Source of the DNA: Candidatus Pacearchaeota archaeon
Lineage (GTDB): Archaea; Nanobdellota; Nanobdellia; Pacearchaeales; GW2011-AR1
Direction of reading: 5' to 3'
DNA: 64,000 nucleotides
NCBI GenBank assembly: GCA_026002795.1
Contig: BPGA01000001.1
Coordinates: forward strand, 163,220 to 227,219
The number at the start of each line of letters is the position of its first letter. The stretch's first letter is position 1. Positions 57,250-64,000 of this stretch are shown one piece after another. The notes beneath the pieces were generated by a model. It worked only from the letters and a program-made list of their open reading frames with translations. It was not told the origin of the DNA and ran no database searches. A program made the position numbers and the translations under genes.

Positions 57250-58968
57250 TTATTGGTTTTTTTTCAAATTTCTTATGCGTCTTACAATAAGCAAAACAAC
57301 AATAAGCACAGAAACAACTCCTAAAAGAAGGACAAATCCTCCTGTACCGAAACCTTCAAAAATTGCAAAACCTGTTGGTGCTCCGAGTGTAATTGGCTCT
57401 TGAACAAATACCGAATAAATTTGTGAGTTCAATGAGGCTTGTAAAGTTAAGTTTCCTTCAATTGTTTCGTTAATTTGCATATTTGTCCTAAATTCTTTTT
57501 CAGAATTTGCATCTATTGTTTTGTTTTCTGTAATGTTTGAAACCTGCTGGTTATTTTGGTCTAATATTAAGAATTTTATTTCTACATTTTGATCTTGACC
57601 AGCGAGTTCTTTTAAAGAGTACAAAACCCTAATCCTATCACTTCTTGTTCTTTGAACATCTATTATATCAATGTCAAGTTTTTTGTTTACAACATTTACT
57701 GTTAACTCTTTAGTTGAAGAAGTTTCGCCACAATTTACATTTATTGAAATTTTTCTTTCACCATCTGTCAAATTTTGTGGTAAAGAAAGAACTAGTGTTA
57801 AACTAGAAGATTCTCCTGGATTTAGGTTTTTTTCTTCTGGTGAAATGTTAAACCATGAAGAAAATTCTTCTTGAATAGAAAGTTTACAAGAACTTAATGC
57901 AACATTGCCTGTATTTTGTATGTTTAAAGCTAAATTTTGGCTTGATCCTGGGTTTAAAGTTAAAGTAGGTAAATCAGCAACAGAAAGCTGAATTATTGTT
58001 GGTTGTTCTTGCACTTGTTGTTGTTCTGTTGTTTGTTGTTGAATTTCGTTTGTGATTTCATTTGGTGTCTGTGTTGTCTCGTTTGTTGTCTCATTTATTG
58101 TTTCTGTCGTTTCGTTTGTTGTTTGTTGGCTTTCTGAAGTTTGGTTTGTTGTTTGTTGTTGTGTTTGCACACTAAAAGATGAGCTTGTATAATTAAAACC
58201 AGAGGTTCCGTTTGCATAAAGATTAATAATGTAACTCCCATCTGAAGAAAGGTCAAATGTTGAGTTTGCGCAGTTAGAAAGTGTTGTGTTTTGTATCACA
58301 AAATTGTTTGAAGAATCAATAACATTGTACCAGCAGGTTAAATTCACTCCTTGAACATTGTAAGTTATAGGAATTCCTGTAGTTGTTGTTTTTTCTCCTT
58401 TTGGTTCAATTATTGTCAGTAAAGTCTGGCTTTGTTGTTGCTGTTGCTGAATTGCTTTGTAGTTTATTGAAACACTTGAAACAAATGGTGTTAATATTTG
58501 AGATGTGTTTGTTTCGTTTGAGGTTAGGTTGTAACCAGAAAAAGAGATTTTATATTGGAAGTACCTAGAATTTAAATTTAAAGGAGAAAGATTTATTGTT
58601 TTGTTATTTCCTACATCTTGAAAGGAAACGTCTGAGCAATTTTGTAAGGAACATGCTTTAACACTAAAAACTAAAGAAGTATTTTCAGGAATTTCTCCTT
58701 GCCAGCTTAAATTTAACCAAGAAGAGTTTTCGCCAGCATCGAAAATTCTTGAGATATAAATTCCATTTAAACTTCCTGAAGAAGAATTTAAAACTAAAGC
58801 GCTTCCATTGTAAAAAGTATTAGAGTAATTTCCTTGATCAAAATCAGCTTGGCTTGATTCTTGAAAAATTGCAAATCCTGTAAATTGTAAATTAAAAAAA
58901 TAAAGAATAGCTAAAGCTAAAAAAACTAAAGCAAAGACAGAAATATAAATTTTAACCTCTTTTCTCAT
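57250..58968 (-). CDS. anchored cell-surface protein with Gln/Thr/Asn-rich linker and PGF-CTERM-like C-terminus
   Basis: N-terminal signal anchor; QQTTNQTSESQQTTNETTETINETTNETTQTPNE linker; C-terminal PTGFAIFEGFGTGGFVLLLGVVSVLIVVLLIVRRIRNLKKNQ; N-terminus also has FTGFAIFQE. Confidence 0.7.
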   Translation of the reverse strand: MRKEVKIYISVFALVFLALAILYFFNLQFTGFAIFQESSQADFDQGNYSNTFYNGSALVLNSSSGSLNGIYISRIFDAGENSSWLNLSWQGEIPENTSLVFSVKACSLQNCSDVSFQDVGNNKTINLSPLNLNSRYFQYKISFSGYNLTSNETNTSQILTPFVSSVSINYKAIQQQQQQSQTLLTIIEPKGEKTTTTGIPITYNVQGVNLTCWYNVIDSSNNFVIQNTTLSNCANSTFDLSSDGSYIINLYANGTSGFNYTSSSFSVQTQQQTTNQTSESQQTTNETTETINETTNETTQTPNEITNEIQQQTTEQQQVQEQPTIIQLSVADLPTLTLNPGSSQNLALNIQNTGNVALSSCKLSIQEEFSSWFNISPEEKNLNPGESSSLTLVLSLPQNLTDGERKISINVNCGETSSTKELTVNVVNKKLDIDIIDVQRTRSDRIRVLYSLKELAGQDQNVEIKFLILDQNNQQVSNITENKTIDANSEKEFRTNMQINETIEGNLTLQASLNSQIYSVFVQEPITLGAPTGFAIFEGFGTGGFVLLLGVVSVLIVVLLIVRRIRNLKKNQ

Positions 58969-59004
58969 TATTTTTAGATAATTTTTATATTTAAAAATAT
59001 TTGT

Positions 59005-59421
59005 TTACTCTCCAATTATTTTAATTAAAATTTTTTTGTTTCTTTGACCATCAAATTCTCCATAAAATATTGATTCCCACGGACCAAAATCTGGTTTTCC
59101 GTTGCTTATTGCTATCACAACTTCTCTTCCCATAATTGTTCTCCATAAGTGAGCATATGCATTGTCTTCACCTGTAAGATTATGCTCGTAAATTTTTTCA
59201 TTAGTTGGAGCTAATTTTTCTAACCATCTCCTAAAATCATTTAGAAGACCTTGTTCGTTGTCATTTATAAAAACGCTTGAAGTTATATGCATACTATTAA
59301 CAAGAGCAATTCCTTCTTTAATTTTAGATTCATAGATAGCTTCTTTTACTTGTTTTGTAATATTTACAAAGTCTATTCTTTTTTTTGTGTTTATTGTTAA
59401 GTATTTTGTGTAAACTTTCAT
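59005..59421 (-). CDS. YjbQ/UPF0047 family protein (secondary thiamine-phosphate synthase-like)
   Basis: Strong family-wide conservation through [15 protein letters not shown] and HITSSV segments. Confidence 0.8.
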   Translation of the reverse strand: MKVYTKYLTINTKKRIDFVNITKQVKEAIYESKIKEGIALVNSMHITSSVFINDNEQGLLNDFRRWLEKLAPTNEKIYEHNLTGEDNAYAHLWRTIMGREVVIAISNGKPDFGPWESIFYGEFDGQRNKKILIKIIGE

Positions 59422-59517
59422 TTTAACTTATAATTTATGGTAAATAAATATTAATAAATTTTGGTAGTTAATTATTTTAAGAGAAAGTTATATAAAATAT
59501 AGCTTTATTATTTTTTT

Positions 59518-59760
59518 ATGGGATGGAAAACTTTTCTTATAATGTATTTTAAAGCAGGAAATGAAAAAGCTTCTGAGATTGTAAAGAAAGTAGAATCACT
59601 TGGATTTGAATGTACTATAGGTCCAGTAGATTTTGTTTATGACTGGCGCAATAAAGTTCCAACAAAAGAAGATATATTGGAGTTAGCCGATAAATTAGTG
59701 AAAGTTTTAGATGGAACAGGAGTTATGTTTAATATTGATACACATGAAACACCTGATTAA
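59518..59760 (+). CDS. hypothetical small protein
   Basis: 80-aa ORF; no motif. Confidence 0.3.
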   Translation: MGWKTFLIMYFKAGNEKASEIVKKVESLGFECTIGPVDFVYDWRNKVPTKEDILELADKLVKVLDGTGVMFNIDTHETPD

Positions 59761-59823
59761 TAATTTTGTTTTTATTGATCTTTGTTAGATCTCAAAAATC
59801 TTTTTCAATTTTTTATATAAATT

Positions 59824-60060
59824 TTAAAAATATCTTCTTAACAAAAACCAAATTAATAAGAAAGATATTGCTATTAAAAGCCAAATCCAAAACATTTTTT
59901 TGTTGCTAAAAAATCCGAAAGGAATTGGTCCAATAAAGCCACCAATTGCAAAGTTTGTTTTTGAGTTTCCTTTTGATAAGCTAATTAAGCTTCCAATAAC
60001 TAAAAGAGATATTCCTAAAAAAATAAAGATTATTCCTATAGCAATAATTTTTTCTGACAT
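59824..60060 (-). CDS. small membrane protein (2 TM); probable start at internal ATG (60058-60060) rather than the track's TTG at 60075
   Basis: Track start codon is TTG (caa on plus); downstream in-frame ATG gives MSEKIIAIGIIFIFLG... Confidence 0.4.
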   Translation of the reverse strand: MSEKIIAIGIIFIFLGISLLVIGSLISLSKGNSKTNFAIGGFIGPIPFGFFSNKKMFWIWLLIAISFLLIWFLLRRYF

Positions 60061-60135
60061 TTTTTGGTTGGCCAACCCTGCCGTGAATCAGAGTTGGCCT
60101 GCCATCTCTACAATTGGAGATGACTATGAAAATTT

Positions 60136-60208
60136 AAGCGCGGACCAGGATTCGAACCTGGGAATACTCGGGCTGCAGCCGAGCGCGTTAACCACTTCGC
60201 CATCCGCG
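60136..60208 (-). tRNA. tRNA-Cys (anticodon GCA)
   Basis: Reverse complement: acceptor GCGCGGA/TCCGCGC, anticodon stem CTCGG/CCGAG loop CTGCAGC, T-arm CCAGG-TTCGAAT-CCTGG, discriminator U (Cys identity element). Confidence 0.8.
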
Positions 60209-60211
60209 CAA

Positions 60212-60286
60212 GTGCCCCCGACAGGATTTGAACCTGCGACCTACTGCTTAGAAGGCAGTCGCTCTATCCAGGCTGAGCTACAGGGG
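60212..60286 (-). tRNA. tRNA-Arg (anticodon TCT)
   Basis: Reverse complement: GCCCCTG-TA-GCTC-AGCCTGGATA-GAGC-G-ACTGC-CTTCTAA-GCAGT-AGGTC-GCAGG-TTCAAAT-CCTGT-CGGGGGC-A; only 3 nt separate it from tRNA-Cys (dicistronic). Confidence 0.8.
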
Positions 60287-60346
60287 CTTTCATTTATAAA
60301 GAAATAAGAATTTCTATTTAAAATCTTTCTATTTTTTTAGATAAGA

Positions 60347-61249
60347 TTAAATTTCTATAAGATCAAAATCTTTAGGAAGAAAAGTGTTTTTAAAAATTCT
60401 CTTTGATTCTCTTAAAATTTTTTCTGGATTTTTTGAAAATCGCTGACTTATGTGAACTAAAAAAAGTTTTTTTGATTTCGATTTTTTGGCTATTTCTGCA
60501 GCTTCAATAGATGTTAAATGCTTGTATTCTTTTGCTTTATTCCTAAAATCTGACGAAAAAGTTGATTCGCAAATTAAAACATCTGAATTTTTAACATAGT
60601 TAATAATTTTTTTATTAAAAGAAGTGTCCATTATGAACGAAACCTTTTTTTCGTCTTCTATATAGGTAAGTTTTTCTAGTTTGTATTTTTTTCCATCATA
60701 AAGAAGATCTTTTCCTTCTTTTAATTTTTTAAGGTGTGGGCCTTCTGGTATCTTGTATTTTTTTAGTTTTTCTTTATCTATCTTAATTTTCTTTTTTTTA
60801 ACGAAAGAGTAAGCATTACAAGGTACTGTATGAAATAGTTGATTAGCTTCAATGAAAAAATCTTCATTCTCAAAAAATTTTCCTTCAACTTCTTTAATTT
60901 CTAAAGAAATCTCATTTCTAAAACCAAATAATTTTAAAAGAATTTCAAGAGCTTTTTTTGTTTTCTTAGGACAATAAATAAAAAGTTTTTTGTTGTAGTT
61001 GCTCATCGCCAATGTTTTTAACAATCCGGGAATTCCTAAAACATGATCTGCATGCCAGTGACTTATCAAGATTTTAGTGATTTTACACGGATTCAAATTA
61101 GCTTTTCTTAGTTGTCTTTGAGTTCCCTCTCCACAATCAACAAGAATATTTTCTCCTTTGTAACTTATTAAAAATGATGGATGATTTCTGGTAGCAGTTG
61201 GTATAGAATCACTTGTTCCTAAAAAAAGAATTTTAATTTTTTCTGGCAT
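60347..61249 (-). CDS. rnz: ribonuclease Z (tRNA 3'-processing endonuclease), short form
   Basis: LFLGTSDSIPT, VDCGEGTQRQL, HxHxDH ISHWHADHVLGIPGLL, C-terminal VHISQRF. Confidence 0.85.
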   Translation of the reverse strand: MPEKIKILFLGTSDSIPTATRNHPSFLISYKGENILVDCGEGTQRQLRKANLNPCKITKILISHWHADHVLGIPGLLKTLAMSNYNKKLFIYCPKKTKKALEILLKLFGFRNEISLEIKEVEGKFFENEDFFIEANQLFHTVPCNAYSFVKKKKIKIDKEKLKKYKIPEGPHLKKLKEGKDLLYDGKKYKLEKLTYIEDEKKVSFIMDTSFNKKIINYVKNSDVLICESTFSSDFRNKAKEYKHLTSIEAAEIAKKSKSKKLFLVHISQRFSKNPEKILRESKRIFKNTFLPKDFDLIEI

Positions 61250-61346
61250 AACCTAATTAGTTAGTTTCAGTTTTTATTTCTTTAGTTTTAATAAAATTAT
61301 TAATGAATGTTAATTGAATTATTAATTTTAATAGATTTTAATTTGT

Positions 61347-61598
61347 TCACTCTTTTTTTAGTGATGTTGTAGCTGGTGAAATGTAAATGATTGTATCTCC
61401 TCTTAAAAAAGTTAATCCAAGGTTTCTTTTTATTTCGCCGTTTTCTATTTCTTTTATATTGTCAAGAACTAAATTAATGTGAATATCAAAAGCTAACAAA
61501 GTTCCAACAAATTGTTTGTCTCCTTTTAAGTGAACTAGAACTTCTTTTCCTCTAGAATTGTTTAAAAGGTCTAACGGTCTGTCTATATTGTTGTTCAT
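61347..61598 (-). CDS. Sm-like (LSm/SmAP) protein
   Basis: Sm1/Sm2 motifs: PLDLLNNSRGKEVLVHLKGDKQFVGTLLAFDIHINLVLDN ... RGDTIIYISP. Confidence 0.8.
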   Translation of the reverse strand: MNNNIDRPLDLLNNSRGKEVLVHLKGDKQFVGTLLAFDIHINLVLDNIKEIENGEIKRNLGLTFLRGDTIIYISPATTSLKKE

Positions 61599-61730
61599 TT
61601 TTTAATTCCAAATTATGGAATATCTTAAATAGGAATTGATAGATTATTTATAAATGTTTCTCTATTTTCTGTTGGTTGAATTAGAATCATTTGGAAAAAT
61701 ATTTAAATTGTGTTTGTTGTTTCATAGAAA

Positions 61731-62102
61731 ATGAAAAAAGGAAGAAAAGTTACTGGTGGGAAATATAGAAAATCAAGGAAAAAGAAACTTTACGAATTGC
61801 CTGGACAACAAATTCTAGTGAGGTTGGGTGAAGAAAAAAGAAAAACAGTCAGGGTTACAGGAGGAAATAAAAAAACTTTTTTGGTGAAATCTAATGTTGT
61901 GAATGTTAGGGTAAACGGAAAAACAAAAAAAGTTAAGATAGAAAATGTTTTAGAAACTCCTTCTAACAGGTTTTTAGCTAGACAAAACGTAATAACAAAA
62001 GGAGCAATCTTAAAAACAGAAATAGGAAAAGTTAAAGTAACAAACAGGCCAAGCCAAGAAGGAATGATTAATGGGGTGTTAATAGAAGAAAGTAATTCAT
62101 AA
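61731..62102 (+). CDS. rps8e: ribosomal protein S8e
   Basis: KVTGGKYRKSRKKKLYELPGQ ... RVTGGNKKTFLVK characteristic of eS8. Confidence 0.85.
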   Translation: MKKGRKVTGGKYRKSRKKKLYELPGQQILVRLGEEKRKTVRVTGGNKKTFLVKSNVVNVRVNGKTKKVKIENVLETPSNRFLARQNVITKGAILKTEIGKVKVTNRPSQEGMINGVLIEESNS

Positions 62103-62339
62103 AATTAAAGGACTTTGAAAAAATTTTATTAAGAAAAAGTGAACTTTAAAGTTGATGTCTGAAGTTTTAAATAAAGGGTTAATTACCTTTCTAATGACTT
62201 TTCCAATATCTCTTGAATCTTTTTTAATAAGAAATTATTAAAATCTAAGATGCGGATCTGGAAAGATTTATAAAATAGAAAGATTTATAAATTATATATT
62301 TATTTATAAATTTTACGGTAAAACTAATTTAACTAAAAA

Positions 62340-63263
62340 ATGGTTTATGTTAAGAGATGTCCTGAGTGTGGTAGTGTAAACTTAACTTATGATTCTCATC
62401 TTGGTGAGATTATTTGTAATGATTGTGGTCTTGTAGTTGAGGAGAAGATGGTTGATACAGGAGTAGATCTATCTGGAAAGTTTGATAAATCAGAAAAAAA
62501 AGGACGTGCTGGAGCTCCAACAAGTATTCAAAAATTTGATAGGGGATTAACAACAAATGTCGGTGAAATAGCCGATATCTATAAATTAGATCCAAAACAA
62601 TCAAGAACTTTTATAAAACTAAAGAGATGGCAAGAGAGGGTTTCTACAAGTATCGAAAGAAATTTAAGACTTGCAATGGCTGAATTAAGAAAAATTTCTT
62701 CTTACTTAAACCTTCCAAATGTAGTAAGAGATGAAGCTGCAAGAATTTATAATTATGTTTTGCAGAGGGGTTTTGTAAGAGGTAGAAGTATGGAATCTGT
62801 TGTTGCTGCTTGTTTATATGCTGCATGCAGAAGTTACAATATACCTAGAACTCTTGATGAAATGGCAACTGCTTCTGATGTGGAAAGAAAAGAGATTGGA
62901 AGAACCTACAGGTTTATAATAAGAAAACTCGGAATTAAGATAACACAAAGCTCGCCAAAAGATTACATCTCAAGATTTGCTTCTGTCTTAAAACTTTCTC
63001 CAAAAACACAAAATGATGCTTTGAAGATTTTAAAAAGAGCAGATGAAGTTGAACTTACTTCTGGAAGAGGTCCAGCAGGTATTGCAGCAGCTGCTCTTTA
63101 TGTTGCGGCATTAATGAATGATGAAAAGAAAACCCAAAGAGAGGTTGCAGATATTGCTGGTATAACAGAAGTTACAATAAGAAATAGATACAAAGAACTT
63201 ATAGAAAAACTCGGACTTGAAGAAAAAATTAAAGCAAAAGAAAAAGAAATCGATAAATCTTAA
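62340..63263 (+). CDS. tfb: transcription initiation factor IIB (TFB)
   Basis: N-terminal zinc ribbon CPECGS...CNDCG, B-reader/linker, two cyclin-fold repeats, C-terminal HTH. Confidence 0.92.
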   Translation: MVYVKRCPECGSVNLTYDSHLGEIICNDCGLVVEEKMVDTGVDLSGKFDKSEKKGRAGAPTSIQKFDRGLTTNVGEIADIYKLDPKQSRTFIKLKRWQERVSTSIERNLRLAMAELRKISSYLNLPNVVRDEAARIYNYVLQRGFVRGRSMESVVAACLYAACRSYNIPRTLDEMATASDVERKEIGRTYRFIIRKLGIKITQSSPKDYISRFASVLKLSPKTQNDALKILKRADEVELTSGRGPAGIAAAALYVAALMNDEKKTQREVADIAGITEVTIRNRYKELIEKLGLEEKIKAKEKEIDKS

Positions 63264-63316
63264 ATTTTTATATTTTTTAATGAGTTTTTTGTGTTTTTAG
63301 TTTTTTAATTTATTTA

Positions 63317-63400
63317 TGCGGAGACTAGGATTCGAACCTAGGCAGGCACTAAGCCACTGCGTCCTAAGCGCAGCCCGTTTGACCACTCCGGCATCTCCGC
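63317..63400 (-). tRNA. tRNA-Leu (anticodon TAG), long variable arm
   Basis: Reverse complement: GCGGAGA-TG-CCG-GAGTGGTCAAA-CGG-G-CTGCG-CTTAGGA-CGCAG-TGGCTTAGTGCCTGCC-TAGG-TTCGAAT-CCTA-GTCTCCGC-A. Confidence 0.8.
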
Positions 63401-63444
63401 GTTAAAAAACTTTAAAAAACAAGTAACAAATAATATAAAAAATT

Positions 63445-63984
63445 TTAGCTGCAAATATCGCTGAAAAGTGAATTTATTTTATTTCTATTTGATTGGCTTA
63501 AAACACTCTCAACATAGTACTTAGTTGCTTCTGTACACCCCCAACCATTATAACTTCTTAATGCAGCTTTCCATCCAGTGTATTTTGTGTTAGTGCATGT
63601 AAATACTCTACCATCTTTATTTTGATTGTAGCTGTTAATCAAGATGTCAATAGCATAATTTACGTTTTCATTAAAGTCAAGCACATTTACATTTTGATGA
63701 GCTTTTCTATTTATTTGCATAATTCCGAAACTTTCCTCACCATTTAAATTTTTTATAACTTTTTCCTCGTTGTTGTTACAGTAAAGAGGGTTGTTATTTT
63801 CTTGAAAGCCTGAAATCCCTGTTGAAGTAAACTCACCACAGTGGAAGATATTGCTTTCTATATTAGCGACCATTAGTGTAAGACATTCAAAATTTTTAAC
63901 ACCTGTATCTTGTAAAACTTTTTCATCTGAAATTCCTTTTTGTGTTTTAGCTTCTTGCGCTAATTTTACTATTTCATAACCCAA
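63445..63984 (-). CDS. lysozyme-like/soluble lytic transglycosylase (SLT) domain protein; N-terminus may extend beyond window end
   Basis: SLT catalytic segment ESFGIMQIN and downstream YN.G aromatic/Gly patch; ORF reaches to within 16 nt of window end. Confidence 0.55.
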   Translation of the reverse strand: MGYEIVKLAQEAKTQKGISDEKVLQDTGVKNFECLTLMVANIESNIFHCGEFTSTGISGFQENNNPLYCNNNEEKVIKNLNGEESFGIMQINRKAHQNVNVLDFNENVNYAIDILINSYNQNKDGRVFTCTNTKYTGWKAALRSYNGWGCTEATKYYVESVLSQSNRNKINSLFSDICS

Positions 63985-64000
63985 AACTTTTTGACATTCC

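Noticed and set aside
59900-60307. 135-aa plus-strand ORF in the track
   Set aside because: It lies entirely across the two minus-strand tRNA genes (Cys, Arg) and their GC-rich spacer. The open frame is a by-product of the RNA genes.
461-63263. Possibility that the contig is from a CPR bacterium rather than an archaeon
   Set aside because: The presence of TBP, TFB, TFE, MCM, aIF1A/aIF2beta, GatDE, EndA, S8e/S17e, Sm and deoxyhypusine synthase is decisive for Archaea. Bacterial-type LeuRS/MnmA are better explained as transfers into an archaeal background.
1-64000. CRISPR arrays, rRNA genes, integrases/transposases, prophage blocks
   Set aside because: I searched for regularly spaced direct repeats, long GC-rich rRNA-like islands and integrase/transposase-like motifs and found none. 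The only repeat structures are the coding tandem repeat (9440-9850) and the 20-bp pair flanking the NTase/HEPN module.

Overview
This is an AT-rich, gene-dense chromosomal segment that reads as archaeal and probably comes from a small-genome (DPANN-like) archaeon. The archaeal call rests on TBP, TFB, TFE, MCM, aIF2-beta, aIF1A, GatD/GatE, deoxyhypusine synthase, pyruvoyl arginine decarboxylase, ribosomal proteins S8e and S17e, an Sm protein, tRNA-splicing endonuclease EndA and an intron-containing tRNA. Many genes have Shine-Dalgarno-like GGAGGT motifs. A few upstream sequences look like leaderless archaeal TATA promoters. Most of the window is housekeeping: aminoacyl-tRNA synthetases for Asn, Asp, Pro, Ala, Leu and Gly, six tRNAs (a Cys/Arg pair sits beside RNase Z), FtsZ, and DNA replication genes. 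Several genes look bacterial-type (LeuRS, MnmA), which suggests horizontal transfer. The most distinctive accessory content is: (1) a roughly 12.8 kb co-directional, translationally coupled operon at 44437-57241 with a small winged-helix protein, two paralogous polytopic-membrane/spermidine-synthase-fold fusion proteins, a giant 3198-aa sequon-rich cell-surface protein with repeated Ig-like/CARDB-like modules and a C-terminal membrane anchor, and a small membrane protein; a second anchored surface protein converges on it. (2) A putative cyclic-di-AMP pair: a DAC-domain cyclase followed by a DHH/DHHA1 phosphoesterase. (3) A minimal-nucleotidyltransferase/HEPN (TA-like) pair bracketed by a perfect 20-bp direct repeat. 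(4) A repeat-protein gene carrying an exact 98-bp tandem duplication spaced 105 bp apart. (5) Unannotated tiny ORFs, one extremely acidic and one Arg/Ser-rich. (6) Secreted or anchored enzymes that could act on a host cell wall (an SLT lysozyme-like protein at the window edge, a CAP-domain protein, and a transglutaminase-like protein). I found no CRISPR array, rRNA, integrase or transposase.
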